From positions 158,782,001 to 158,846,000 of the forward strand of contig OZ024741.1 in the NCBI GenBank assembly GCA_964016885.1: a DNA stretch of 64,000 nucleotides. Reading direction: 5' to 3'. Positions 12,150 to 22,929 of the stretch are shown piece by piece. Within the stretch, counting starts at the first letter, position 1. Each line of letters begins with the position of its first letter. The stretch comes from Eledone cirrhosa. Lineage: Eukaryota. The notes beneath the pieces are model-generated. The model did no database searches and was not told the origin of the DNA. It was given only the letters and a program-made list of their open reading frames with translations. A program made the position numbers and the translations under genes.

Positions 12150-12470
12150 GAATTAGAATAAATGAACAAAGAATCAGTGTTGCATCATAGCATACTTAAT
12201 AACATTTTATATGTTTCACTATCGATCTATTAGTGATCGCTCCTGACTCTCCAATATGCATCAATAAGCAAGCTCGTCTATGATGGTGTATGAATACCTC
12301 CCAAGAAGTAATTGAGAGTTATTGAAGCATATCTGAGGATTTTTCGATTCCAGAGTCAGGTTTGATCACTGGTAGATTGTTCTTCGAGTTGATCGACAAT
12401 GAAACGTGTAATATATTATTAAATATGCTATGATGCAACACTGATTCTTTGTCCCTTTATTCTAATACTA
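12150..12470. repeat. Degenerate fold-back element with a hammerhead motif
   Basis: 12150-12230 is the reverse complement of 12390-12470; atat-CTGAGGA...GAAA-CGTG-TA-atat at 12329-12414. Confidence 0.7.
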
Positions 12471-12693
12471 TATATATACATATATAGTAATAATAATAAA
12501 ATTGAAGACTAAAATCCAAAGAGGGCTTGATAAGGATAAATATATATCAAATATATAAGAACCGTAGAGCAAATATTTATTAAATAACAGATTAAAGTTT
12601 AAGCAAAGAATCGCTGCTTTCACCCTTAACGGGATCTTCTGAAACTAACAAAGTCAATCTGTAAACGCAGAACTGGATATTTCAAAAAACGTC

Positions 12694-13105
12694 CCTATCC
12701 GGGAAATGCCTCTCTAGTAACATTGTCTACAAATGTAAGGTTGTAACACCCACGTCCCATAGGGCCTACATAGGGTTAACCGCCAATAGTTTCAAGCAGC
12801 GTCTTTACATGCATACCCATTCTTTTCGTTACCCTCTAAGAAGGAATATGACGTCACTTTCAGCTTATATCTGGAGTCTAAAAGACAACCACACCCACTA
12901 TAAGTTACACTGGGAGATCCTAGCTAGGGCTAGATCGTATAACGGAAATAAAAGACCATGTGACCTCTGCGCCGCTGAGGCCCTGGAAATACTCTACGCC
13001 ACAGACCACATCTTAAACAAAAAATCTGAGACAATTTCGGCTTGTAAACATAAATTGCACAAAACTTTCCTGTATTACAGCCCCACGTTATATCAAAACG
13101 GATAG
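12694..13105 (+). pseudogene. PLE GIY-YIG endonuclease domain fragment
   Basis: IVY...YIG motif, catalytic R (FKQR), H, E and N (LNK). Confidence 0.85.
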
Positions 13106-14035
13106 TACGATCTATACGTGGATATTTTACGTCTTGATGTGGGAGCTAAGTATATGTTTTGTTTATACCATTACTTATTTGCATAGGTAAGTATATTTTA
13201 CCCGTATGTTTTGTGAAGGTACGTATACCTTCTCGTACGTATATTTGATTGTTATGGCGTATAATTTTTATATATTCTGGTATTTAGGGTTTGGCTATGT
13301 GTATACGGGAGTTTTGCGTCTGCGTGAGTATGCAGGTTCGTACGTATGGTGGGTGTGTGTATATGTGTACTTCTTGTTTTAGTTGACTTACGTCTCCGAA
13401 CATTCGTGTATTTATATGTAGGTATGTGTGTGCGCTTGTTATATACGTATTTATTTACTTATATACGTTTATATAATTATTTATTTATTTGTACACAAGC
13501 ATACACACACACACACATATTTATATGTGCGTGGTTTTGTATACCTATAGTAAGGTTTTGCGTATGCTTGTGTATGTACGTATTTGTTTGCGTGTACGTA
13601 TTTATTTATTTCTATTACTTCTGTATTGTATTTATTTACTTTGTTCTTAACTCTGTAGCGGAGATTCATTTGGTCTCCTAGTTAGAATTTTAGTCTACGA
13701 CTTCTGCTATACCATTTACGTGGTTTTGTCTTTGCGTGCTATTGTTCTCCACGCTCCACATATGACTTATTATCTTCGTTTTTTCGTTCATTGCCAGAGA
13801 ACGTCTCTATGCACCACCTAAGAGAACATTAGTCTACGACCTCTTTTATACCATAAACGTGGTTCTGTCTTTGCGCGTAATTGTTTTTCACCGCTCCTAT
13901 TAATGACGTATTATTCGTTTTTTCCCGTTCTTTGCCAGCGAACGTTACCACGAACCAAAGTATCGTCTTCCTGTCTTCCTCCGGTTGCAACGTTTTTTGA
14001 AATATCCAGTTCTGCGTTTACAGATTGACTTTGTT

Positions 14036-14085
14036 AGTTTCAGAAGATCCTGTTAAGGGTGAAAGCAGCGATTCTTTGCTTAAAC
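14036..14085 (+). ncRNA. Type I hammerhead-like motif with variant core CAGAAGA in the PLE pLTR
   Basis: Stem I agttt/aaact; CAGAAGA; stem II cc(c/t)-gttaa-ggg; GAAA; stem III agca/tgct; CUU triplet. Other copies at 12596-12646 (-), 14150-14200 (-), 18441-18490 (+), decayed 44342-44390 (+). Confidence 0.65.
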
Positions 14086-14129
14086 TTTAATCTGTTATTT
14101 AATAAATATATATACATATATATATATAT

Positions 14130-14992
14130 TTATTAAAATAACAGATTAAAGTTTAAGCAAAGAATCGCTGCTTTCACCCTTAACGGGATCTTCTGAAACT
14201 AAAAAAAATCAATCTGTGAACGCAGAAGTAAATATTTAAAAAAACGTTGCAACCGAAGGAAAACAGTAAGACGATACTTTGGTTCGTGAAGGCGTTCCCT
14301 GGCAATGACGAAAAAAAGCGAGGATAATACGTCGTTATATGGAGCGATGAAAACAAATACACGCAAAGACAAAACTATGTTTATGGTATAAATGAAGTCG
14401 TAGACTAATATTCTATTTAGGAAACCGAATGATTCTCGGCTTCAGAGTTAAGAATAATGTAAATAAATTAGTAGAACGAAAATGACACAGGTTATTAAAT
14501 TAATAATAATTAAATATAATAGTACCCCATTCGACGTGAGTATGGGCGCCAGCGATTCGGCGGAGGTTACAGATCTTATCGGTCTTTTCCTTCTTTTCTC
14601 TATCAAGGAAGAATTCCCCAATGTGGGCGGTGGTTTGTACTGCGATGATGGTCTTTTGACCAAAACAAAATGCGGTCCACGCGCTTGCGACAGGTTCAGA
14701 AAAGAACTCACAGCCTTCTTTAAAAGCTTCAACCTTTCCATACAGGTTGAGGCCAACCTCTCGGTCGTTAATTACCTCGACGTTACCCTCAATTTGTCGA
14801 ATGGCTTGCACTACCCGTATAGAAAGCCGAATGATACGCTTAATTACATAAGTAAGCATTCTAACCATCATGCCAGCATAATCAAGAACCTGGTAAGAAA
14901 CGTTTCTTTGAGGCTTTCCCGTCTATCTACAAACGAGCATATTTTCACCGACCATTCCACATATTACAATGAAGCTCTTGCTCGGAGTGGAT
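14130..14992 (+). mobile_element. Second PLE insertion of the same family: inverted pLTR then RT fragment (ORF 14482-15027)
   Basis: FDVSMGASDSAEVTDLIGLFLL, GLYCDDGL, VNYLDVTLNL, YRKPN..YI.K.SNH; 14130-14440 is a reverse-complement pLTR. Confidence 0.88.
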
Positions 14993-15230
14993 TTGTCAAA
15001 TCGATACTAGGAAACATTATTTCCTAGTATCGATTTGACGAAAGTCGTGTGTAAGTATGCATACGTACTTAAGAAAATACTATATGTACACAAGCTATTT
15101 AGAACACTGGTTTAACCGCTTTACTTCCCTCCGAAGAAGAGATATTATCTCGAAAATTAAGGACATTTAAATAAATCTAAGGTAAAAGACTAATTGTCAA
15201 CAATATCTTTTGCATTTGCATTCTTTATTC
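14993..15230 (+). mobile_element. Solo pLTR-like fragment with a short fold-back and a hammerhead-like motif
   Basis: Hairpin 14993-15042 (gtcaaatcgatactaggaaa/tttcctagtatcgatttgac); cct-CCGAAGA-a-gagat-att-atctc-GAAA-ATT-A-agg at 15128-15162. Confidence 0.55.
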
Positions 15231-15540
15231 TATATCCATACCTGCATTGTTTTGGCTTTATTATACATATACAAACGTTTATACCTCATTACACAATGCT
15301 TCAAGTGAACTATAACTTCCTCCATATATATATATATATATATTGAATAAAACGTTTGAGAAAGGTGCCCCAGCGTGTCCTTTTTAACATAAGCGATTGA
15401 AAACAAATTGCCACACACACACAACTATTGAAACTATCTCATCTAATGAAAGTGAGAGAACTCCAAGTTTTAAGGCGTGTTGTTGACGAAATATTATAGA
15501 TGTTGATAGCCTCTTAATATGTAACTAAATAATTGTTTCT

Positions 15541-15863
15541 AAGTGCACATGCGCGAAGGGTGGAGCGAAATGGGCATGCGCGGAGACTGGACCGAAGTGT
15601 GCGTGCGCGAAGGCTGGACAGAAATGCGCATGCGCGAAGACTGGACCAAAGTGCGCATGCGCGAAGGCTGGACCTAAGTGCGCATGTGCGAAGGCTAAAA
15701 CTAAGTGCGCATGTGCGAAAGCTGGACGTAAATGCGCATATGCGAAGGCTGAACCCAAGTGCGCATGCGTGAAGGCTGGAACGAAGTGCGCATGCGCGGA
15801 GGTGGGCCGAAGTGCGCATGCGTGAAGGTTGGACCGAAGTGAGCATGCGTGATGGCTGGAGCT
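15541..15863. repeat. GC-rich 27-bp minisatellite, 12 copies
   Basis: Consensus aagtgcgcatgcgcgaaggctggaccg; contains palindromic GCGCATGCGC. Confidence 0.93.
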
Positions 15864-16347
15864 AGTTTCTTTGCTTGTGGAAACACATCAACACATTCAC
15901 AAATACTATCTGCATTCCCTATCTATTCTACTCTTTCTTTTTTCTTTCTTTCTGTTATTCACTTCTGATACTAAAGAAAATTTAATTACCCTATATTATC
16001 AGTGGGTGAGGGACGTTACGTGTAGTGGCGAATAGTAACTTGGAAAGCAAGGCATGCAAGCCAATCGCCATGGTGGAGAGTGGGGCTGTGAAGCCTTAAC
16101 CCCCCCTTCCTTCGCAAAATTATTCGTCGTTCTCTCCTCCATTTATAAACGTGATATGAGATAATTTTAATGTGAGAAAATGCACTTCTACCAACAGACC
16201 ATACTTCAAGCTTGATACCCCTCTCCTCTAGACTTGATGTCTTCCCATTAATAACAACCTGGCGACGGGCCTGTCACGATGACCTTATTGGTTACATGAG
16301 AAATATGAGTAAATAGTAAAACCTTCAAATAATGTAATATTTAAAAT

Positions 16348-17180
16348 TCATTTGTAAATCAATTCAATTCTTCCTTTGTTTTTGGCAAATTCATCGATCA
16401 CTTTGCTATAAAATGTATCAGCACCACGCTCTATCTTCATCTTCTTCAAAAGGTCTTTATTCATGGAAATGAAGACCAAATTGCTCAATCTCTCTTCACT
16501 TTGAAAACACCTCATATAATTATTTATTCACTTTAATGAAGAAAATGACCCCTCACATGAAGTAGATGTGGCAGGTGTGGTCTGAATCAGGCGTAATAAT
16601 TTTGTTATTTCTGCCAGAGCTTGATTTAGTTTAAGTTTCTGTATTATGTCTGCGACTTCCTGGATGCTTGACGCTTGGTTTGAAAATATGCAGCATAAAT
16701 TGATTTCAGCTCGAATTTCAAGCCATCCAAATTCAATATATTTATATAGACACCCAAGGATGAAAACGCTTCCATCGGAAATTTACTTTCGTAAACGTGA
16801 AAAGCCTTCGGATTCAATAATTCCACAAATCTGAACTCTCCCATTGTTTAAAATCTTTGTTCAACGTGGACAATAACTTTATCCAAAATGTTGTGAAACA
16901 AAATTCTTAAAACAGTTTCTTGATATCGAGCACGCTTCTCCGGTGGTTCAGCGACACCATCCAGAACCCAGCTGTAAAATTCCTCAAATTTGTTCTTCAT
17001 ATCAACCAATTGTTTCTGGAAGTTTTCAACCACATGAATGCTCTCGAAATATCAAGTGAACGTTTTTGAAGAATCAAAATAGAATTTCTGAGCCACCCAA
17101 TATGGTTTCAAAAACTACTAATAAAAATTTTAACTGAAAAATTTCTAGTATTGCAACGAATCCTCTTGTCTGTGCTAATT
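16348..17180 (-). mobile_element. Degenerate hAT transposase C-terminal fragment (dimerization domain)
   Basis: Minus frame reads EITKLLRLIQTTPATSTSCEGSFSSLK..NNYMRCFQSEERLSNLVFISMNKD...RRIELIYK*; upstream ILQKRSLDIS; stops and frameshifts. Confidence 0.82.
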
Positions 17181-17189
17181 CTGAAGCAT

Positions 17190-17760
17190 TCCAATCCTTT
17201 GGATTTTCTAATATTCCACTCGTGTTTTCTGTTTAATTTTGGTTGGAGTTTGTTTATGTTTGTCACTTTTGCAATCTGTCGGAGCATTGCGTCTTTTCTG
17301 CGTGTAGATATAATTTTTACTTCTATGTTCTCTAGTATTCTCTCCCCATGTTCTATTTTGGCATGTTGGTGGATTACTGATGAGTCTTTACCATCTTGGA
17401 GTTCTCACCAGTGTTCATTTCATCTTTATTCTATGCTACGAGCTGTCTCACCTATGCAAGTTGTGTTCTTATTCCTATACTGTCCCTCAGTACATCTTAT
17501 GCTAGTTTGTGGGCTTAATTTGCAGACTATGCATTTCCTATCAGTGCAGGTTTTTATTTTTTTTTTTATTTTTAAAGGATATGTTCTATTAATTAGGGCT
17601 TTTATGGGAATACATGGTTTTTCCACTATCTTAATATTTAATTTTTGTTTGTCTAGAGCCTTTCTAAATCTATAAGCTAGTTCGCCTCTAGGGGTTGCAT
17701 TGATGAACATTACATTCTGGTATTTATTGTTATCATACTATGAGTTGAGTTTATTGGTCT
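17190..17760 (-). mobile_element. Old diverged relative of the PLE at 24325-26463 (thumb/GIY-YIG part)
   Basis: MFINATPRGELA..KIVEKP..CTDRKCIVCK..IRCTEG..IGETARSI aligns with the intact ORF. Confidence 0.88.
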
Positions 17761-18059
17761 TACAAACCAACATCTCTGCAATCAACGTTAGTCGCAAGTG
17801 AACCATTTGAAATTGCAAATACTTAATCTATATATATCTAAAACAGAGAATGTCTGTCTGTCTATCTGTCTGTCTCCCTAAAACTCGAGAACCACCCAAC
17901 CGATTATTTTCGAACTTTACACATGTAATACTTATGGTCCTGTGAGTATTTTGAACAAAAGAAATGCCCTAGGGACCGCATTAGGCGATTTTGCGATCTC
18001 TCTCTATAATTCTTAGTCTTTCTTTTTAGATAGATACATAGATATAACGTCGCGCCCTT

Positions 18060-18250
18060 ATAATTGTTTCTACTTTTGGCACAAGGCCAGCAATTACCCA
18101 GTGTGTTACTGGTACTTTATTTTATCGACCCCCGTAAGGATGAAAAGCAAAGTTAACCTCGGCGGGATTTGAACTCAGAATGAAAAGGGCCGTAACTCTT
18201 TGCGTCAAAGCATGGCCTCCGACCCTCTACCGATACTGCCAATCCACCAT
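18060..18250 (-). mobile_element. SINE family B
   Basis: Reverse complement of 50430-50610; B box gagttcaaatc. Confidence 0.8.
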
Positions 18251-18310
18251 GTCCGTATGTCTGGCTGTCTGCATTACGACGTTATGACGCTGTGTGTGTG
18301 TATATATAGC

Positions 18311-18387
<77 letters not shown>

Positions 18388-18389
18388 GT

Positions 18390-18501
18390 GTAACGTTTTT
18401 CGAAATATTTACTTCTGCGTTCACAGATTGATTTTTTTTATTTTCAGAAGATCCCGTTAAGGGTGAAAGCAGCGATTCTTTGCTTAAATTTTAATCTGTT
18501 A

Positions 18502-18510
<9 letters not shown>
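18390..18510 (+). mobile_element. Solo pLTR of the PLE family at 12575-14992, between (TA)n tracts
   Basis: Matches 13990-14105 including the CAGAAGA hammerhead-like motif. Confidence 0.85.
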
Positions 18511-18569
<59 letters not shown>

Positions 18570-19321
18570 TATTCGTGTACAGATATTTTTGCATACACAA
18601 TAACAAAATATAAACAAACGTATTTATTTCACGAGGCTCGATAAGGATAAATATATATCAAATATATAAGAACCCTAGAGCAAATCCCGAGCAACGCCGA
18701 GCCATTCTGCTAGTAAATATATAAAACATAATCTACTTCAAAACTTCCAAATCCAGAAAAAAGTGTGAAAATATTGAAGTTAACCTAGGTAAATTATTAA
18801 ACAATAGATGTCTGAATATAAAAATTACTAACTAAAATGATCCAGAAATAAGTCAAACGGCTAACTAATAATTAAATAGATATGTAATACAAATTTGGTA
18901 TAAATATCCAAGAGTTTAGAGTATTCAATCCATAAGAAGAGTTAAGTATAATTAGTTACAACAGTAACATAAAGCTAAATTTGTTCTGAAAAAAGTATGG
19001 TCTAGACCAGATTCATTTTTTTTATTCGACTTTTTAATTTAACCCTCGGGCTCCTCGTGAAACACAAGTTACCTACCTTTTGATTTTTTAAAAATAGTTA
19101 TCTCCCTTCTCATTTACACTATTTAAGGTATTTATCTAATTATAAATTCATTTCGGAATAACCTGCCCTTAGAAGTCTCTTATGATTTCTAAAATCTCTA
19201 CGGATGGAAAATATTTTTCTTTTTATGACAGGCTGAATGTTTTAGGGTAAACAACCAAACGAAACTTAAGCACCCGTACATGTCATTGTTGTAACACACA
19301 TATAATTTATATATAAATATA

Positions 19322-19712
19322 TATATTAATAAAAGGAATTTCAACTTTGTCTGATTTACTCGTTTTATTTACAATCCTTTAAAATGTATAATGGTATTAG
19401 AATGAAATAGTATGGTAGAATATTAAATGTTGAGTGTTAATTGAACAAGTACTTTCATGCTTTCGCAATCTCCAGGTTCATATTCTGTGGTGACAGTCAA
19501 GTTTGCAATTTTCAACTGTTGAAAATTGCAAACTTGACTGTCACCACACAGTATGAACCTGAAGATTGCGAAAGCATGAAAGTACTTCTTCAATTAACAC
19601 TCAACATTTAATATTCTACCATACTATTTCATTCTAATACCATTATACATTTTAAAGGATTGTAAATAAAACGAGTAAATCAGACAAAGTTGGAATTCAT
19701 TTTATTAATATA
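19322..19712. repeat. 391-bp near-perfect palindrome with a hammerhead motif in each arm
   Basis: Axis at 19517 (ttcaac-t-gttgaa); motif tgaac-CTGAAGA-t-tgc-gaaa-gca-t-GAAAGTACT-T at 19554-19592 and its mirror at 19442-19480. Confidence 0.92.
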
Positions 19713-19739
19713 ATCTTCTATACACACTCATACACACCC

Positions 19740-19806
<67 letters not shown>

Positions 19807-20574
19807 GATTTATTTATTTATTTATATTCATACATGGAATAAAGTTTCAAGGCTTTGACCATATCTCCAGAATAAAAGAGGCATCAAATTAGTGACCTTA
19901 CTTCAGGCGCTTGTACAAGTTTATGAGATACCGTTAAAAGTAAAGCTTGATAAAAACGCGGGTTTACAAAACATAACGTATTATAACAAAGGGAAATAAC
20001 TCCAATGTGTAAATTTGAGATCGTTCATGTGTTTGTGTTTGTATACTATAGCAGACGTATTGTATTATGTGGTAGAATATAATAGAGAGCTGGTAACATT
20101 TATTTAAGTTTGGAGTAGAGTAGTATATGAAGTGTATTGTATTATGTAAGTGTGCAAAGATAAAGAAAAGATATAATGGAAGCATATAAATCAAATTAAG
20201 GTATTGAGTATTTCCACTTAGCAAGCTGTTTGATTTTGAGATAGAGATATAACAGAAGGAGTGTGAAATGCATATTTATACTTTTCAGTAATTACAGATG
20301 AGTTGGAAGATTTACCGACACTTGTATCACATATAAAAGTACAATTTAATCCTTGTAAGATAAGGCTTCGAGGAAATACCTTTGTCCGTGGTGATTCTTC
20401 CTTAATACTTGCAGCAACGGACTTCTGATAACCATCTATAAATAATCATGCCTCCAACACTCGATACGTTATATAAACATTTATTGTTCGTAGGCCAAAT
20501 ATATAAAAACACACGAGGATATTAAAATATATAAACAGTAACTAGCCAGTTAGCTGAGGTTAGAAAGAAACTTC

Positions 20575-20775
20575 CTAGAACAATGCAGGAAATATTGAAT
20601 ACATCTTTGTTGGTAATATTCCGTACTAGAACAATGCAAGAAATGTTGAATATATCTTTGTTGGTAATATTCGGTACCTCTTCATAGGAAAATATGTATA
20701 ACATGGTAAGAAATATTCAGTAGTACCTCTTTATAGGAAAATATAAAGAACATGGTAGGAAATATTCAGTAGCAC
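20575..20775. repeat. Two adjacent short tandem duplications (about 48 bp and 40 bp)
   Basis: ctagaacaatgca.gaaat.ttgaata.atctttgttggtaatatt x2; gtacctct...ataggaaaat...acatggta.gaa x2. Confidence 0.7.
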
Positions 20776-20857
20776 GTCTTCTCATGTTGGCATCGGAATT
20801 CTCTCTGGTGAACTAGAAAGTTTACTAGAACGGAAGCAACAATGCATTCATGCGCGA

Positions 20858-20939
<82 letters not shown>

Positions 20940-21374
20940 AAGAAGTTGACGGTCCCAGCATAGGTATCAATGCTAGGACCTGTTGCATCTCAGCGTACTC
21001 AATGGGTAATGTAAAATACACTCCCAGAGTATACACATAGTTATTCGCTTCAATACAACACACCTAAACGGGTACCTATAGTAGTTCCCGAACTCGAGTT
21101 TCTGCCACACTTAATGAATGCAGCAGTAGGGTGTACTGCACCCTTTGTCTGCATATATTATGCAACAATGCATAATCGGCGCATGTGGCTTCATCAGCGG
21201 GTATATCTAATCGTGGGTATATATATATATATATATATATGTAGATAAATCTACCAAGAGTTTACGGTAGTGTCCAATCCGTATGAAGAACTCAATGTAT
21301 TCCGGATATCATGGAAAGAAGAGATGTAATGAAAAATCACTTTCGGTGAAAGATAAACGGTATACAGAGTCAAG

Positions 21375-21774
21375 ATAAAATATTAAACAATTAATGAATA
21401 AACAATAAGACAGTTCCTTATATTAAACAAAAAAAGTTCATTATTTAACGATCGTTTCTAGGATATATATGTGTTAGAATTGGCATGCATATTCAACAGA
21501 TCTATGTACAAAATTATACAAAATTATACAAACTATCAAGATTAAATATACATACCAACACATATATACGCCGTCTTCAGAAGACGGCGTATATATGTGT
21601 TGGTATGTATATTTAATCTTGATAGTTTGTATAATTTTGTATAATTTTGTACATAGATCTGTTGAATATGCATGCCAATTCTAACACATATATATCCTAG
21701 AAACGATCGTTAAATAATGAACTTTTTTTGTTTAATATAAGGAACTGTCTTATTGTTTATTCATTAATTGTTTA

Positions 21775-21783
<9 letters not shown>
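21375..21783. repeat. 409-bp perfect palindrome with its axis inside a hammerhead core
   Basis: Axis at 21579 (gtcttc-a-gaagac), 204-bp arms; minus strand reads CTGAAGA..long stem II..GAAACGATCGT-T. Confidence 0.92.
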
Positions 21784-21811
<28 letters not shown>

Positions 21812-21812
<1 letters not shown>

Positions 21813-22857
21813 CACGAAGTTTGTCCCAAATATAAGGGTGCTGATGTTTTATTTAAAATGTATGTTAGACGTACATTAAATTACACGTTATCGCCTTCAA
21901 ATACATTTGGGATGTCACACAGTAGTTTCAACATTTTCTCCATTAATTGCAGTAGCACCGGAAGTCATTTTCTGTGAGTGTCCTTAGCTTGTCGGAAACA
22001 ATTTTTTGTATTTTTTCCACAGTCCTAAAATGATGAGCCTCCAACTTAAGGAAAAGATAGAAAATCACACGGAGCTAGATCTGGGGAGTAGGAAGGATGT
22101 GGAAGAGTGGGAATACTTTTCTTCGCCAGAAATTCTCAGGCTCCTGCAATGTTCTTTCGGACTCCCAGGACCCATTTCTAAGTCGTCTCAAGACATCTTT
22201 GTAGAAGGAGAGATTAACTGTTAGTCTTCGTGGCGAAATTTCTTTGGAAACAATACCAGAGCTGGTAAAAAAAATGACAATAATTGTTTTCACCTTGGAT
22301 CTTCTCATCCGTGCTTTTTTCGGACGAGATTTTTTTTTTCTTTTTATTGTGCCACTCCTCACGTTTTGTCTCTGGGTCATACTGCAACACCCATGATCCA
22401 TCTTCTATTTATCCAAGATATTTGACTCAATTTTGAGTTTTTGTAGTAAATCCTGATAAACTTCCAACTGTACTAAATAACCAAATTGTTTGGGCACTAG
22501 TTTCGCACAAATTTTTCGCATGTGCAAATTGTCTGTTAAAATTCTTTGAACTCTATTTTTATCCAAGCCCGTTTCTTCAGCAATCTCCCTGACATTTAAT
22601 CGGCGATCTTTAGTCATCACCACCCGCACCTCCATATTTTGTTCATTTGTTGACGAGATTACTTTCTAGAACAAGCTTTGTCTTTAACATTTTCTTCACC
22701 CTCTTTGAAAGCTTTGTGCCACTTAAAAACCTCACTTCTTGATAGAGTGGAATTTTTATAAACTTGTTTTAAAGAATTAAATGTTTCAGTGGCAGATTTG
22801 TTGAGTTTCACACAAAGTACCGTTGTTCGATATTTGCCTGCATCGCAAACATAACAG

Positions 22858-22860
<3 letters not shown>
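21812..22860 (-). mobile_element. Degenerate mariner (Tc1/mariner) transposon
   Basis: VKLNKSATETF..LKQVY..LSRSEVFKWHKAFKEG, DRRLNVREIAEE, LHMRKICAKLVPK, RPKKARMRRSKVK..FF; TIR-like cacgaagtttgtcccaaa at 21812; frameshifts and deletions. Confidence 0.9.

Positions 22861-22929
<69 letters not shown>

Larger units (their letters stand above)
12575..14105 (+). mobile_element. Truncated Penelope-like element: inverted pLTR, GIY-YIG remnant, 3' UTR and pLTR
   Basis: 12575-12692 is the reverse complement of about 13990-14105; frame from ~12694 reads LSGKCLSSNIVYKCKV..AYIGLTANSFKQR..H..SF..LSAYIW..CDLCAAE..LNKKSE. Confidence 0.88.
17827..18713 (+). mobile_element. Non-autonomous Helitron with nested SINE, (TA)n and PLE pLTR
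   Basis: A|TCTATATATAT... start followed by (tgtc)n; 3' end cccgagcaacgccgag...CTAG|T; A/T target, no TSD. Confidence 0.72.

Noticed and set aside
15514-15886. CRISPR array or repeat-protein ORFs
   Set aside because: Head-to-tail 27-bp units with no unique spacers, no cas genes, eukaryotic context
16057-16273. hAT-type MITE with caggcccgtcgccagg-like ends
   Set aside because: Left end matches only loosely and no 8-bp target duplication is visible
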